Shown here: positions 44,548 through 58,400 of the stretch, in pieces
How positions within the stretch are numbered: position 1 is the stretch's first letter
How the letters are laid out: each line of letters opens with the position of its first letter
Virus record (IMG/VR): IMGVR_UViG_3300010354_000045
Coordinates: 97,494 to 161,493 of that record
DNA: 64,000 nucleotides
Direction: 5' to 3' (one strand)
Source of the DNA: a virus
Position numbers and translations under genes: made by a program
Notes under the pieces: model-generated
What the model was told of the DNA's origin: nothing
What the model saw: the letters and a program-made list of their open reading frames with translations, nothing else
Database searches by the model: none

Positions 44548-46994
44548 ATGGTAATCCTATCGTTCTTGAATACAAGATATTTATCGCTTGTATAACCGTC
44601 AGTTGAATCTATTATATATCTATCTACGGTAAAATCTATGTTTTTAAAGTCAAATCCGCTGTATTTTATTTTTAAAATGATATCGCTGGCAGTTCCTGCC
44701 TTACAAAAACATATCGGAACAGCAAGTTTAAATCCTAACTCGTCTCTAGTGCCTGGTTGTATACTACGCATCCATAGAGGCAAGTAATTTCTTTCTACAG
44801 CAAGTAATTGTCCATTTGAATTTCTAGCTTGCTTTAAACGCTCTTGCCAGTTGCTAATACTGCTAGGATAATATTTAACAGAATTTGGATCTGATGTTAG
44901 TACGCCGGTACTGTCGATAGTTAATAATTCTTCTCTACGAACATTAGTAGGCGCCGGAATAGCTAACCTATCAATTTTAGCTTGCTGACCCGCAGTTGGT
45001 GTTGGTTTATTATAGGGAAATCCTCCTAACCAATAACTATTATCGTTGTCTACTGTAATTTTATCTGTACGTTTACTTCTCTTAACGGCTAACGGTAATT
45101 TTTTGTCACCTACTTCTAACGGATCTAGCATTTCAACATAAATTACTTCGTATAGAATTTCTGTTGTTCCCGGCATTACTGCTGCTGCTGATTTAATTTC
45201 GCCGAAGTGAAATCTTTTTCTTTTATGATTTAATCCCATCGCACTAACATAAGCACCTGCGTTAGTACTTTCTATTCCGGCATATACTAACAATCCCATG
45301 TCTTCTTGAACACCAAAGTTTGGATCTCCTGATCGATATATACTAGAGGGTGTAAAGATGTTTGGATTGTTAATGAAATCCTTCCATAGTGTTCTTTGAT
45401 CTAGTTTTAAAAATGGTTTGGTAATGATATTACTAAACACCAATTGATTTGGTGTATCAACTGTTATAACAAATTCTCTAGTTACAGCACTAAACCCGTA
45501 TTGATCTTTAGCTTGTGCAGTAAATTTGTAAACTCGGTCAACAGTAGTTTTCCCACCGTCGAATGTTGTTGGTTTGCCACTTGATGTGGGATTCTTAGTT
45601 TGGTCGTAGTTAAAAGATGTTAATCCTAATCGATCTACAACTACTGTAGACCCCACTAAGTGATAATCACCATACTGTGTAACTTTACCAATTATTTCTC
45701 CGTCTTGACTAAGTTCCAACCCTGGCGGTAATTTACCGCTTATTTTTGTATAGATGAGTTCTGCATTAGGAATTGAAGTTGTTGCTTTAATAAACAATGT
45801 TGAAACAAAGTTAGCATTAATTCCTCCTAAATTACTAGATGTATTCCAGTATATAGTGCTTTCTACTTCACCGACTATTTGAATAGTAAATGTTCTTGAA
45901 GCACTTGCAGTCTCACCATCTTCACCGTATCTAGTACCTGTAACAGTAAAAGTGTATGTTTTTGTTATAGCAGGTTGATATGGAATAACACCATAAAGGT
46001 CAGCAGTAGCAAGATCAAAATTTAATCCTGGAGGTAAGTTATTAACATTATCTATGGTAAAAACAACAGGACTATCTGGAACATCGTAGACATCAAGTCT
46101 TATAAACACGTAATTGTTAGCTCTTACAATTCCTAAATTTGCAGGAGTTAACCATATAGGAGTTCTTAGATAAGTTACATCGGCAGTGAATAATCCGTTA
46201 TTATCTAACCACGAAGCTGTGTTGTCTGCTCTAAAGTAATCATCAGCTACAACAAATATTTTAAAAGTTCTTTTTACAAATGAATCACCGTCTGTTACAG
46301 TTACAGTAAATTCATAATTCCTATTAATTTTTTTAGGTTGGTTCGTTGGTACGTTAAAATCGTAAAATACTGTATCATAAATGTATGTGTCGTATCCATT
46401 TGAGGATACTATAGCAAAATCAAAAGCAACAGAATCAAAATATCCAGAGTCAAATGTTCCGTCACCGTCTGTTGGCTGTAAAGAATATATAGGTCTAGTA
46501 AATCCTACAATACGTCCATCTTCAGTTAGTTGTAATCCAGGGGGAAGTTCACCGTCTCCTGCTGCAATAAAATAATTTAATGTCTGTCCTGCGGCAGTAT
46601 CTGGGTCAATAACTTCAAGTTGATAATTTACATAGCTATTATCTAGCGCAAAATACTGTTGAGCATTTCCAACAGGTAAACTACCACTAGGTGTTATAAA
46701 AGAAGGTACATCTGCTCCTTCTATAGTAATTTTAAAAGTTCTATCACTAATTTCACCGTTTTTACTAGCTCTGACACAAAACTTAAATTCCGTAGTTCTT
46801 GAAACTTCGTACGGAGATCCTGTAATTGCAGAGTCTACAAGACGTAGTCCGCCGGGCAATTGTCCAGAAATTATATTATAAGCAACTCCGGTAGTACCGT
46901 TTACTGGTAATTGAATAGCAGGGGTCACTAAAGTACTTTCTTGAAAAGTACCTAGAGAATACCCCGAAGCTTGAGTCCAAACATTTAGTGCCAT
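44544..46994 (-). CDS. Baseplate wedge-like protein with Ig-like repeats
   Basis: Repeated G.LPPGL.L...G.I.G modules (He_PIG-type); late promoter motif upstream. Confidence 0.75.
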   Translation of the reverse strand: MALNVWTQASGYSLGTFQESTLVTPAIQLPVNGTTGVAYNIISGQLPGGLRLVDSAITGSPYEVSRTTEFKFCVRASKNGEISDRTFKITIEGADVPSFITPSGSLPVGNAQQYFALDNSYVNYQLEVIDPDTAAGQTLNYFIAAGDGELPPGLQLTEDGRIVGFTRPIYSLQPTDGDGTFDSGYFDSVAFDFAIVSSNGYDTYIYDTVFYDFNVPTNQPKKINRNYEFTVTVTDGDSFVKRTFKIFVVADDYFRADNTASWLDNNGLFTADVTYLRTPIWLTPANLGIVRANNYVFIRLDVYDVPDSPVVFTIDNVNNLPPGLNFDLATADLYGVIPYQPAITKTYTFTVTGTRYGEDGETASASRTFTIQIVGEVESTIYWNTSSNLGGINANFVSTLFIKATTSIPNAELIYTKISGKLPPGLELSQDGEIIGKVTQYGDYHLVGSTVVVDRLGLTSFNYDQTKNPTSSGKPTTFDGGKTTVDRVYKFTAQAKDQYGFSAVTREFVITVDTPNQLVFSNIITKPFLKLDQRTLWKDFINNPNIFTPSSIYRSGDPNFGVQEDMGLLVYAGIESTNAGAYVSAMGLNHKRKRFHFGEIKSAAAVMPGTTEILYEVIYVEMLDPLEVGDKKLPLAVKRSKRTDKITVDNDNSYWLGGFPYNKPTPTAGQQAKIDRLAIPAPTNVRREELLTIDSTGVLTSDPNSVKYYPSSISNWQERLKQARNSNGQLLAVERNYLPLWMRSIQPGTRDELGFKLAVPICFCKAGTASDIILKIKYSGFDFKNIDFTVDRYIIDSTDGYTSDKYLVFKNDRITI

Positions 46995-47011
46995 ACTTAA
47001 TCTCTTTTAAG

Positions 47012-47017
47012 TATTTA
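47012..47017 (-). promoter_or_regulatory. Putative late promoter (GATAAATAC)
   Basis: Recurrent motif before a structural gene. Confidence 0.6.
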
Positions 47018-47030
47018 TCGGCAGATGATT

Positions 47031-47594
47031 TTAGGTTGCTGGCTGGTTAAATGGTCCGAAATCTAGTACATTTGCTAGGTTATCCCCAAATGTTCCCATG
47101 TCCATAGGTAATCCTGCTGGTAAAACGTTAGGGATGATACCTGTAGGTATAGTAAATGTGCCAAAATCGATGTCAACCATATTAGAATTAATAATAAATG
47201 CTACTAAGGTACTTAATACTGGAACGCTATGCCCAAATACACTAACATTAGCACTTCCTGATCCTGTAATATTAAATCCGTTAGTATTAAGATTTCCGCC
47301 TAACGTTGGAGTAGTATCATTTTGTACTGTCGTAACAGCACTTAAATTAATAGTAGTTGCAGTATTACCAAAAACAACTGTATTATTTGTGCTAGTTAGA
47401 GTTTTAAATTCTAAATTAGCAACGTTACGTTGGGCAAAAAGTCCAGCACCGCCTCCAATATTAACACCGTTTATAATTCCAACAGTACTACTAACTTCGG
47501 TAAAATTTGCATTTACCTTTTGGAAGGCTGTACGTAAGTCGTCACCAGTTCCGTCATTGGGATATGTTCCTAGATTTATTGTTTGGATCGGCAT
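47031..47594 (-). CDS. Baseplate/fibre protein with T4 gp9/gp10-like N-terminus
   Basis: QTINLG..PNDGTGDDLRTAFQKVNANF. Confidence 0.8.
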   Translation of the reverse strand: MPIQTINLGTYPNDGTGDDLRTAFQKVNANFTEVSSTVGIINGVNIGGGAGLFAQRNVANLEFKTLTSTNNTVVFGNTATTINLSAVTTVQNDTTPTLGGNLNTNGFNITGSGSANVSVFGHSVPVLSTLVAFIINSNMVDIDFGTFTIPTGIIPNVLPAGLPMDMGTFGDNLANVLDFGPFNQPAT

Positions 47595-47612
47595 ATTTTG
47601 CTCCGTTTAGTA

Positions 47613-47618
47613 TATTTA
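47613..47618 (-). promoter_or_regulatory. Putative late promoter TAAATA
   Basis: Recurrent motif followed by a GGAG RBS. Confidence 0.6.
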
Positions 47619-47621
47619 CCG

Positions 47622-49430
47622 TTATTGTAGTTGTTCAATTGTACAGTATGCTTCACCTGCTATTCCAACACCAGGCATTTCGTCTGCTATTACAGTCACT
47701 CTATAAATTTTATGAAAGGTCTGATCGGTAACGGTAAAACTTAAACTATTGCCCGGAACAGAAAGATTGCCAACGTTATCCCAGGTAGTATTACCAGCAG
47801 TTTTAGTTGTAAAGCCGGAATAAATGTTTAGAGGAGTTGGATATGCCCTATACACACTTATGCTTCTTTGCCCCCCAGCATTGCTGTATTTTAGTTCTAC
47901 ATCAAGCGTATTACTGTTATTTGTTAGCCTAACAGATAAATCACCTCTTGTTGCTGTAACCTGTCCTACTACTATTACGCTTGATCCGTCATGTTCATTT
48001 GTTATTCCCGGATAAGCAGTAGTCTGCACAGTTGAATCCGGAAATGTTAGGTTACCATTATTACCAAATGTCCAAGTATATAAAGTGCCTCCTCCTACAG
48101 TTGACATTGGAGTAATTTTAATATTTCCATTGTTGTAAAAAATATTAAAAGCATTGTTCATTCCATCATCAACTGTGTTATTACCTTGCGTAAAGATATA
48201 ACCGTTGGTGTTGTTTGCATGGGGGAATACCGCAGCAACCTGTTTATTGTTTTCCGCCAGAGGAAACTCTAAGTATGCTCGAGTAAATGTTTCTCCAAAT
48301 TGATCTATTCTAAAGTTAAATTTCTTATCGCTAGCATCGTCAGCGGGAGTAATTTTTACAGTTCGACCCGATGGTCCTCCTGGTCCTGATACTATTGAAC
48401 CGTGTAGTTCGCCCGGCAATGTTAAATTTCCAGCTGTGCTAAATGTCCAAGTTTTTGTAGTTACTCCTGATACTGTATTAATTGTTAAGTTATTACTGCT
48501 AGGTGATATAGTCGCATTATTGGCAAAAGTTATATCACCGTTAGCTGAACTATCAAATATTAGCCCGCCTAGAGTGTTGATATCACCACCAAACTTACCG
48601 CCACTTTCTACAACTAACCATCCAGGAAAGCTAGTGTTTAATCCGCCGTTGTTTGAAGGCAATGATGATCCTACAAATAATGAACCTTCAATTTGCACAC
48701 TCATATTACCAGTTCCATTTGCTCCAAATGTAAACAACGAGTTGGTTGAAGTTTGTGTTACTCTGTTCCTATATACACCACTTATATCGTCACCTAAAAC
48801 ACTAGCCGAACCTGACCAATAATAAGAACTTGAACCGCCAGCAATAACTAAGTTTGAGTTATCTCCGATGAATAAAGTGTTAATTGTAGGATTTGTATCA
48901 AGAACTAATGTTGAATTATTACCAGTAGTTGTTGTAATATTATTTGAATTTATTTGAAAAACATTACCTTGACCTGGTTGAATATTAATAGTTTTATTTG
49001 TAAATGTAGCCGAAGAAGATGCCGTTAAAATTGTTTCCCATGAAGTAGTACTACCGTTAGTAAATAAAAATTTTCCTGCGTTGTTTAGTTGTGAAGGCAA
49101 TTCTAAAGGCAACACGTCCCAAGAAATTGCTGTACCATTGGTATATAGATATTTTCCAGAATTACCTGAAACAGAAGGAATAGAATTAGTTACTGAGGCA
49201 ATTAATTTATTATTAGCATCGTCATAACTAAATGTAATTCCGGTATGACTAGCATGATTTAATAACGGTGCTGCATAATCTTGAGCAATTTCAGTTAATT
49301 CTGCTACAGTTCCTCCTACTAACGCATATAACTCGTTAAAATTAGAATTAGTTTTAGAAAATGCAGTTCGTAAAGGATCGCCGCTTTTATCATTAGCGGC
49401 TGCTCCAATGTTAATTGTTTGTTTAGCCAT
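47622..49430 (-). CDS. Tail fibre protein with gp9/gp10-like N-terminus
   Basis: KQTINIG..ANDKSGDPLRTAF; repeats PS..GN.GK.L.TNG and WTF...GNLT.P. Confidence 0.8.
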   Translation of the reverse strand: MAKQTINIGAAANDKSGDPLRTAFSKTNSNFNELYALVGGTVAELTEIAQDYAAPLLNHASHTGITFSYDDANNKLIASVTNSIPSVSGNSGKYLYTNGTAISWDVLPLELPSQLNNAGKFLFTNGSTTSWETILTASSSATFTNKTINIQPGQGNVFQINSNNITTTTGNNSTLVLDTNPTINTLFIGDNSNLVIAGGSSSYYWSGSASVLGDDISGVYRNRVTQTSTNSLFTFGANGTGNMSVQIEGSLFVGSSLPSNNGGLNTSFPGWLVVESGGKFGGDINTLGGLIFDSSANGDITFANNATISPSSNNLTINTVSGVTTKTWTFSTAGNLTLPGELHGSIVSGPGGPSGRTVKITPADDASDKKFNFRIDQFGETFTRAYLEFPLAENNKQVAAVFPHANNTNGYIFTQGNNTVDDGMNNAFNIFYNNGNIKITPMSTVGGGTLYTWTFGNNGNLTFPDSTVQTTAYPGITNEHDGSSVIVVGQVTATRGDLSVRLTNNSNTLDVELKYSNAGGQRSISVYRAYPTPLNIYSGFTTKTAGNTTWDNVGNLSVPGNSLSFTVTDQTFHKIYRVTVIADEMPGVGIAGEAYCTIEQLQ

Positions 49431-52400
49431 TATAGTCTCCCTACGGCAATTTGAATTACTCCGGCTTCGCCGTAGTCTTTATCTTCTAAGGCTTTACCAA
49501 TAATGCTACCTAGTGTTGGATTAAGAGCTTTTACGGCATAACCTGGTGTAGCACTAGTAGTTAGCATGTCACCTTTCTTAACCCTGCCAACTACTTTACA
49601 TGGAACTCGACCAGCTAGCGCTAAACAGACTTTTTGTCCTTTCTGATCAGTGTTCATGATATAAGCAGGGTTAGTTGTAACCACGCCAGCTGCTCTAGTG
49701 TCATTAATAGTTTTAGTAGTTGTAACTTCTTTGTCTCCACCAAACACTAGTACAGATCCGGGTTCATATTCTTGATCACCTTCATAATATTCTGCTAAGT
49801 CAGCATAAGTAGCCTGCAATGTACTAGAACCTACTAATGACCAACGTCCAGTTATTTGTCCAGTAGTTGATTCATCACCTGTAGTAATTGACTTAACTTT
49901 TAGAACGTTGTTATTAGCTGCTAAATCTAAACTTGAATCTGCAGATAGTGTCCATTGACCTGTTAATGTTGCTGCTGAACCAGTACCAGTAGCAGCACCA
50001 CTAGTTAGTTGCTTAACTGTAATTTTTGAATTAGTATCAATAACGCTTAAATTACCTTTTACTGTAACTGTAGTGTTATTTTCATCAGTTCCAGTAGCAG
50101 TAGCAAAATTATATGTACCAGGTGTATAAAATTCTACAGTTGTGGCAGTAGCATCAAGATCAATTACTTTTTTGTCGTCAACTTTAAGATAAGCTACATC
50201 AATTCCACCATTAGTATCAGTTTGCAATAATTTACTACTTTCTCTTGTAGTAGTGTATCCTAATGTAGTATATGTATTTGCATATCCGGTTAATGTAGTT
50301 CCAGCCTCATTAGCTCCATTAGTTGCAGTGCTTAATACTAGTACACCGGCACTGGTGAATAATGAGTTTTGCAGACCATTACCATTTTTAACCACATCAG
50401 ACATGGTAACACCAGTAGCATCAGTTAACGCTGTATTAGTTTTATTACCTAATACAGTATCTTTGGCAACTTGTTCTATTTTACTAAATGCAATACCGTT
50501 TGTTTTAAGTTGAACCCATCCTTGAGCATTTACTGTAAATTCACTGCTATTGAATGTAGATAAACCCAAGTCTGCTTGAACAATGGCACCACCAGTACCT
50601 GTACCACCATCTACAGCTCTTGCACTAGCTACAGTCATGCTCAGTTTGCTCTGCACAATAGCTGCTGTAGTAGACACCATTGCATTAGTAATTTTATTAT
50701 TTTGGATAGCACTAGTAAACACACCTGTTGCACTGTTGTAGGTTAACAGTACATCACTAGTATTGCTATCGCTTGGTAAAGTTACATTACGCCACTTAGT
50801 AGCAGTAGCAGTTCCAGATAACCCACTTAGTGTTGTAGAAGCAGTGCCAACAAATGTTACTGTTGTAGTACTGCAAGTTAGAACAATCTTTTCTCCATTA
50901 TATGAAGCTGAACCGCTACCTGCTCCTACCCCTGAAACAACTATAATAGAACCTACAGCAAATGGAGCACTTGCTTGTATGTTAAACCATAGAGTAGAAA
51001 CAGTTCCAGTACCTTGTGCATTGGTAATTGTTACCTGAGTTTGATTGTCGTAGACAGCAATTTGTCCATTTGCTGGATTTACAAATTCTGTATCACGTAA
51101 TTCTCTAAACTGATCAAATGCAGCAATTTGACTATCAACATAATCTTTAGTAGTTGCATCAGCATTTTCTGTAGGAGTACCAAGCTGTGTGATCTTAAAT
51201 GCACCCATAACCATGTTACCCTTCATAGAAAGGGCGCCATTAAGTGCCATAAATCCTGGACCAATTAAATTGCTAACAGGCAAAACACCACCAGAATGAT
51301 CTAGTCCAAGACGTTTGTCAATGTATCCTCTAACAGCAGATTGTGTTGAAACTGTGTCTGGTGCATTATTAGTCATTGAACTATCGGTTGAAAATTCACT
51401 AACAACAACACCTCGTTTAAATCCTAAGCCGTCTAAGTTACTCAACGCAATTGAAGCACTGAATGTAACAGTTCCAGTACCTTGGTCAACTGTAAAGAAT
51501 CGACCTACACGGAAAATACCGTTTTGGTCAGTTGTAACATAGAATACACGGCCTACACCATCTTCTTTAACTTCATTTTGTGGCTGACGACTTTGTGCAG
51601 GATTACCATAAATGGTATATGGATAGTTTGTAGTCGAGTAACTTCCAGTACCGATGTCTAAGAAGTCGTGTCCGCTTGCACGGCAAGTACTAATTCTAAC
51701 AGTAATTTGACCGGTAGTATCTGCAGGGTAACCTAATCTTAAAGTTGAACTGGTGCTAGTATTGAAAGGTATACCTAAACCGCGTTTATTAGTTGTAGCA
51801 TTAGTTGGATCATAGTAAACTGAGGCAGTACCTGCAAATGTTCCTGGGTTAGAAGGATATCTAACTACTAATGTTGTATTGTTAGTATTAGTAGCAGTTG
51901 CTTGATAGAATCCGTTATATAGACTATTACTACTGTTGCTAATATAATACCAATTGCCTAAAGTGCTGGTAAAATTAGCACCTAATGTAAATGTAACTAG
52001 ATAACTTACTGTACCGTTAATGGTTGTGCTAGCAACAGGTGCTGCTGCTGAGTTAATGGTAACAGTGGTAGGAACTCCGTAGTCTGGACTATGATAAGTC
52101 ATTGTGCCAGATAGTGTTCCACTGTTAACAGGAACAAATACAGTGCCTGCCACACCATTAGATATTGTAGCACTTACAGTAATATTTTTATTAGGTCCAT
52201 CAATAGTCTTAATATAGTAAGTAACACCAGTTACAATGTTTCCAATATCACTTCCTGTTGCTGTCTTGTAGAATATAATTCTGTTATTAACATCTAGCCC
52301 AGTTACGGAATCTAATGTAATAATATTACCACTATTTGCCACCTGAACTAAGTTTCCAGTAACACCAGGATCTCTTGGGTAGTATATAGATATATTTCTA

Positions 52401-55400
52401 GTTGTTATACCACCAGTGGATGTTACGGCGTTAGTTGCTGTAGCACTCATTACCGCAGTTAGTGCTGTGGTAACTTCTACATTGTTATAAAATAACTTAA
52501 CACTAGGTGCAGATGTATATCCAAATCCTGGACTAATAATTGTCCATCCAGTAATTGTGTAAACGTTACCAGCAGTAATCTGTGTATTTGCTTTTACTCT
52601 ACCTTGTACTACAGTTCCGGCTGTACCTCCAGTAGTCACAGTACCAATTCTTACTTCTAATAAACTAGGATCAGCAAATGTAGTTGTAGGTAATGAACCA
52701 GCTATACTAGTAATATAAGCATAGATTGTAGCAGTAATAGTAGTACCTGAAGGTATCCAACATGAAGGACTTACAGTGATAGTTTTAGATATAGGGTCTA
52801 TGCTTTGAATAATTGTGCTAGGTGGAACTATTGCACTAGGTGCTGCGCTGCTAACAATCATGCCAACAACTAGACCGTCTACACTAGGAACAGCAACAAC
52901 AGTTTGATCTGTTACACCCGATATTTGATAATATCCATTATAAGGTGTAGCTAGGGTGTTTCCTTGAATATTAACATAACTATCTACAACAGGAAGTACA
53001 CTGCCGTTTACAGTATTACCAAATGGTATATCAAATGTTACAATTCTACTACCGCTAGAAGTACCAGCTACAGACGATGTATAAGTTAATGCACTAATGC
53101 TATTGCCTTCAGAACTGTTGTTGTCTATAGCGTTAGGATCTAATCTTAAATAACCTGTATAAGCAACTCCAAAAACAAATGGTGCATTACCTACAGAAGG
53201 AAGCACCGTTGGTGTTGCGCTAAATGTAACTTCATATGTAAGCACGCCGCCAACTAATCCAGAAGTCACATTAGTAACTGTAATAGGATTTGATCCGCTA
53301 TCAACAAACTGTACTAAATTGCCTCCACTGGTATATTTGATTATGTCGCCTATTTCTATATTACCAGTTACAACTTGAACTCTTAACTTATTTGTACCAA
53401 CAATACCCCAATCAACAAAAGTATTAGCACTAGCTATAAATTGAGGAACAACGTATTCTTTAACTCTAAATACTCTTCCTCCCCAACCTACAATATAAAT
53501 TCCTTTGTTAATTTGATTTATAATACTAGATTGAGTTACTTCAAGCACAGATACTTTATCGTCTCCAGGTAATGATCCTTGAGTTTTAGTAGAAAATGTT
53601 ATTACAGCATTTGTTGTTGGCACGCTGCTAGGAGGTTTACTTAATACTACAGTCCAATTGCCTCCTCCTCCTGTAGCACTGACAACAAACTGTCCAGTAT
53701 TAATACCACCAGACTCGATCCAAACTCCCATTCCTTGTGTAATAGACCCAGTGGCGTTAGACACGGTAATTGTTGTACTGCTTACACTAGCACCTGCATT
53801 AATAGTAGCTGTTACTGGGGTTATGGCAGGATCTGGTTTAACTATATTAGAAACATCTACAATAAATTTATAGTAATCAAATGAACTGTCACTTTCTAAA
53901 ATAGCAACGTTAGACGGAAGTATTTCACCTGTGGAGTCTGCTAGTCCATATGCTAAAATTCTATAGATATCAGCAAGGTCTTCATTATATTGTAAAGCTG
54001 TACTTGGTCTAGTTGGATTTACGTTAGCAATGCCGTTAAATTTATTTTTAGTTAACGTTCTAATTGTAATTTGCTGTCCGTTATACAGTGCTCTTGCAAG
54101 TCCAGTACTTGATGTTCCACTATTACCTGTAGTACTTAGGTTAAGTTTTAAAACACTTTTACCGTTTATTGAAACTGTTGTGTATTCAACAGATTTAACT
54201 TCATATCTAACTATACCTACGGTTGAGTCTGCAATGCTGTGATCAATTTCTAATTCACTAGATCCCATTGGGTTGTAAGAATAGTCTGTTATATAAACAA
54301 ATAAAGCCTGCTGGGTAGCAGTAGGAGTCATCTCATTGCCAAATATACCTTGTTTGTATACTCTAGCAGTTTGGATCATATTATTTGCTAAACTAACTGC
54401 ATCTGGTACTTCAGTTACATCATAACCGCTAGCTCTTAATCCATATGTTCCGTGAGCATTTGATCCTGCTACTGATCTAATTTGACCACCGTTATTTGAC
54501 CAATAGTGAGTATGGCAGTAATAGGTAAATGTTGAAACTTGTTCTGATACAGCACCGTTGGTACAAACAATGGCATAACCTAAGTCATTAATCATAGCAA
54601 AATCGTTTGCTAACATTGACTTGTTACCACCCATTTCAATATTAATTAATAAATCAGCTCCGTTATTAAGATAACTTATTACACTAGACTGTGTAGTTGA
54701 TTTATTAGTATCAATAGTAGTCCTTGCAGTTTTTAAACCGGTGTCATAGGTATAGGTTACGCCGGCATATCCTGTAGCACCTGTTGCAACATCTGGATAA
54801 GTTACTACAGGTCTAATGTTGAATACTAGTCCAGTAGTAGTTGAATTTGAAGTTGTAATTGCCTGACCGTTTGGAATTGCAGATAGTGTAAAACTGGTAG
54901 TACCGTTTGTTGCTATAATATAATAAGTTTGTCCAGATGTTACACCAGTTACGTTACCAGTTAACGTTCCTGTGACATGTACATACTGTCCTAAATATAA
55001 TGTGCTACTGGTGCAAGTAAATTGTCCAGAAGTTCCTACACAGGTAACAGATGATAGCGTAGTTGCAGTAAATTGTCCGTCATTTACATAATCAATAACA
55101 TTATCAGATAAAGTATTTAATTTTGTCTGTACTGCTGTTAATATAGCACCGGCAGATGGTGCGTTAGTTGTTATTTGATTTTCAGTATTTCCAGCAGTTA
55201 TTGATATTGATGTTCCGGCTACAATATTACCTAATATAGCCTTTAGTCTAGTAAATGCTGATTGATACACAGACTCTAAATTAGTTCCAAACAAATTGGT
55301 GTTTGTTGTCGGATTTACATATAAATTTCTATAATAGAAAGATTCGGCAACATTTATAGTTTGGCTGTTACCTCCATAATATATGTCATAAATGAAAGCA

Positions 55401-58400
55401 TTTAAAACATTAACCACATAGTTCTGTAACGTGGTTGCTTTATATGCTGGATAGCTTTTTAATATAAATGTATCAGCTATATAAGCTGTAATTTCATTTT
55501 GAATAAATGTTCTATTGGCAATTAATATATCTCTTGCTTTATTAAGATTAGTATCAGAACCAGCAGAAGGTGTAGGATACGTAATTGCCGGAGAACCGTT
55601 AATTCCTTGATCCAATATAGTAGTAATAGTGTCAAATCTATTAATGATAGCAGTATCAATTGCATTATTAGCACTAACACTAGCAACTGTAATTCTAAAG
55701 CCAGTGCCACTTCCTCCTAAACTAGCATTTGATGCAGTTAAAATATCGCCAACTTTATAATTGCTACCTCCTAGTGTAACACTTACTGAAGTAACAACAC
55801 CATTATTAACGTCTATACTAGCAGTTGCACCAGTTCCTTTAACAGAAACAGTGTAAGGTGTTAATGGCACATTTGGATAAGTTTGAATTCCGCTAGCCGG
55901 TGCATAATTAGATCCACCGACTAAACTACTGTTGTTCAGTGTTAATAATGATCTATAGCCGGTATTTGTTTGTAGTAGTGCAAGATCTCTTGCTTTTTGA
56001 ATACCAGCAATAGTAGAAGTTTTTTGTCCTCCTACAACATTAGTTGCTGATGATCGTTGATATGCTAGACCTGCTGTAATAGATTGATAATTCGAGCCAG
56101 TTACAATATCATATCCTACAGCATCTAAAATATATCCAACATCTCTACTGCATTTAACATTATTATATGAACCTAACGCATTATAAGGAGTATCAACGTT
56201 CATAGTAACAACAACTGTTCTAGTTGTTGGATCGTGACTAACTATATCGTCAATTTGATATCTGTACCCGCTTACATAAAATGCACAAGGCGGCTGTGGT
56301 GGCCTAAAATCTAATCCGCTGTTAGCGTCGCCTACAATAGTTACGGTTATACCATTACCATTTCCATTAACGGCTTGTACTCCAATAACTCCTCCGCCAG
56401 CAATATTTGTAAGACCTGGAATTGTTTGCCCAACAGTGTCAATAACTAACAGATCGGCAAATTTATATCCCTGTCCCGCTGATGTAATTGTTGCGGCGGT
56501 AATAGTAGTTCCGACACCAGCTGTTCCAATAGTAATAGTAGCTACTGCACCTATACCTGTAACATTTGAATTAGCGCCTGTTAGTTTAACGTTAGTGTAT
56601 ATTCCTGGAGTGTATCCAGATCCTGCGGTTTGGATATTTAATGACTGTATGCCGTCATAGACAATATTTGTAATAAATCCTTTTAGTCGACCTGCAAATC
56701 CGTCAACAAATTGACCTCCAGCAAATCTCTTATTGTTGTTTGATTGGCTAAATGACGAACAAACTTGCCCGTAAGGTGATTTAGTTTTAATCTGACCTTC
56801 AGGATCAAGTACCATAGCAAATCCGCCGTGGCCTTGTATAGTGACGTTGTTTACTCTAACTGCGTCGTTACATAAGAACACATCAATATCTTTGTTATTT
56901 TTAGCAGGACTATTAACGTCTAACGGATTAGTTAGATAATGTCTAGCATAATTAATTCCGTCGTATAGTTTCCAATTTGGAGATGCTACTGTGCCTTTAT
57001 TATAAAACGGATAGATAACAGAGCAGTTCATAAAGTTACCGCTGATACTATCAATTGTGGCTTTACCGACTCTTGATTCACCTATAGCAGTACTTCCTTG
57101 ATCTACATAAGATACTTGTAAAATTTTTCCAATCCATGTACTTGGCACTTGACCTGTGCCTAATGTAATGACTATTTGATTTGTAGTTCCGTCTAATGTA
57201 ATAGATGAAGTATTAGCATAGTTTGTGCTAGTATCTATTAATCCAATTTGCATAGCGTCAATAACTGCATCTCTATAGAAGAAAATCTTTCTCCAAGGCG
57301 ATTGTGAAATTCTGTCTCTAGGACGAATAATTGTTCTACGGAATTCGTCACCTTTAATAGATACGTTGTTAGGTAGACGAATTGGATAGTCTTCGTAATA
57401 AATTCCGCTTTCAACAAAGATTGTTATGTTAGTTGCTTGTACAGTTTCACCAAACTCTATTTGTTCACCTACTCCGCCAACACCCATACTGTTAGTAACA
57501 AAGAATCCTGGTTTTGTTTTTCTTACTTCGATAACGTCAACTGAACCAGTTCCGCCTATATTACCAGGAGTGTATTTTACAATTGATGCATAAGCATTTG
57601 AAGTAAACCCAACAATGATCTTAGCTGGAATAATATCATTATTGCCAGCTTTACCTTGATCAACAGCACCAGTTCCGCCGTTAGTTACACTGACTTTCCA
57701 GATACCGGTTCCAAAAGATGATACAGGCGCCGCACCAATTCCGTTGTTTATGATATTAATCATAATATCCATGTTATTACTGAATGTTGTAATAGCTGTG
57801 GAATTTGTATTATAATCACCAGATACACCAGTGATACCTATTAATGTTGTAGGTAGTGTTCCTACAATACTGGTAATTTGCGGCACAAGTATTTGATACC
57901 TTGAAGCAGATGATTTGTTTAGAACTTGTATTGCTAAGGCATAGGTAAAATTAATACCGTCAAGAGTTTCAGAATACTGTGTACCAATAGCTATGGCTTT
58001 TGCGCTAGAATTTTTGTAGTAACTCTTACCAGCAAAAATACTCTGATAAGTTCCCCCAGTAATCAAATCAATGCTCATAGCATCAATGATCAATCCAATG
58101 TCTCTATAACACAGAGATTCGTCATAGGCAAATCCGCCAGTAAATGTAGTGTCTAAAAAGACAATAGTATCATTAGCTACTGTAGTCTTGCTAGCAACTA
58201 TATCTGTTTTAGCAGAAAGTTTTGTTGAATTGTAGCCAACATCAGACGGATATACAATAGTAGGAACGTTAGTTAAACTATTTAAAATAGCTTTAACGGT
58301 ATTGAATCTATCATTAATAGTTGTTGAAGCACTAGAAGCCAGTGCATTACCTGCAATATTATTTTGTCTAACTCTTGTATTGTTTGTAGTAATTCCTAAA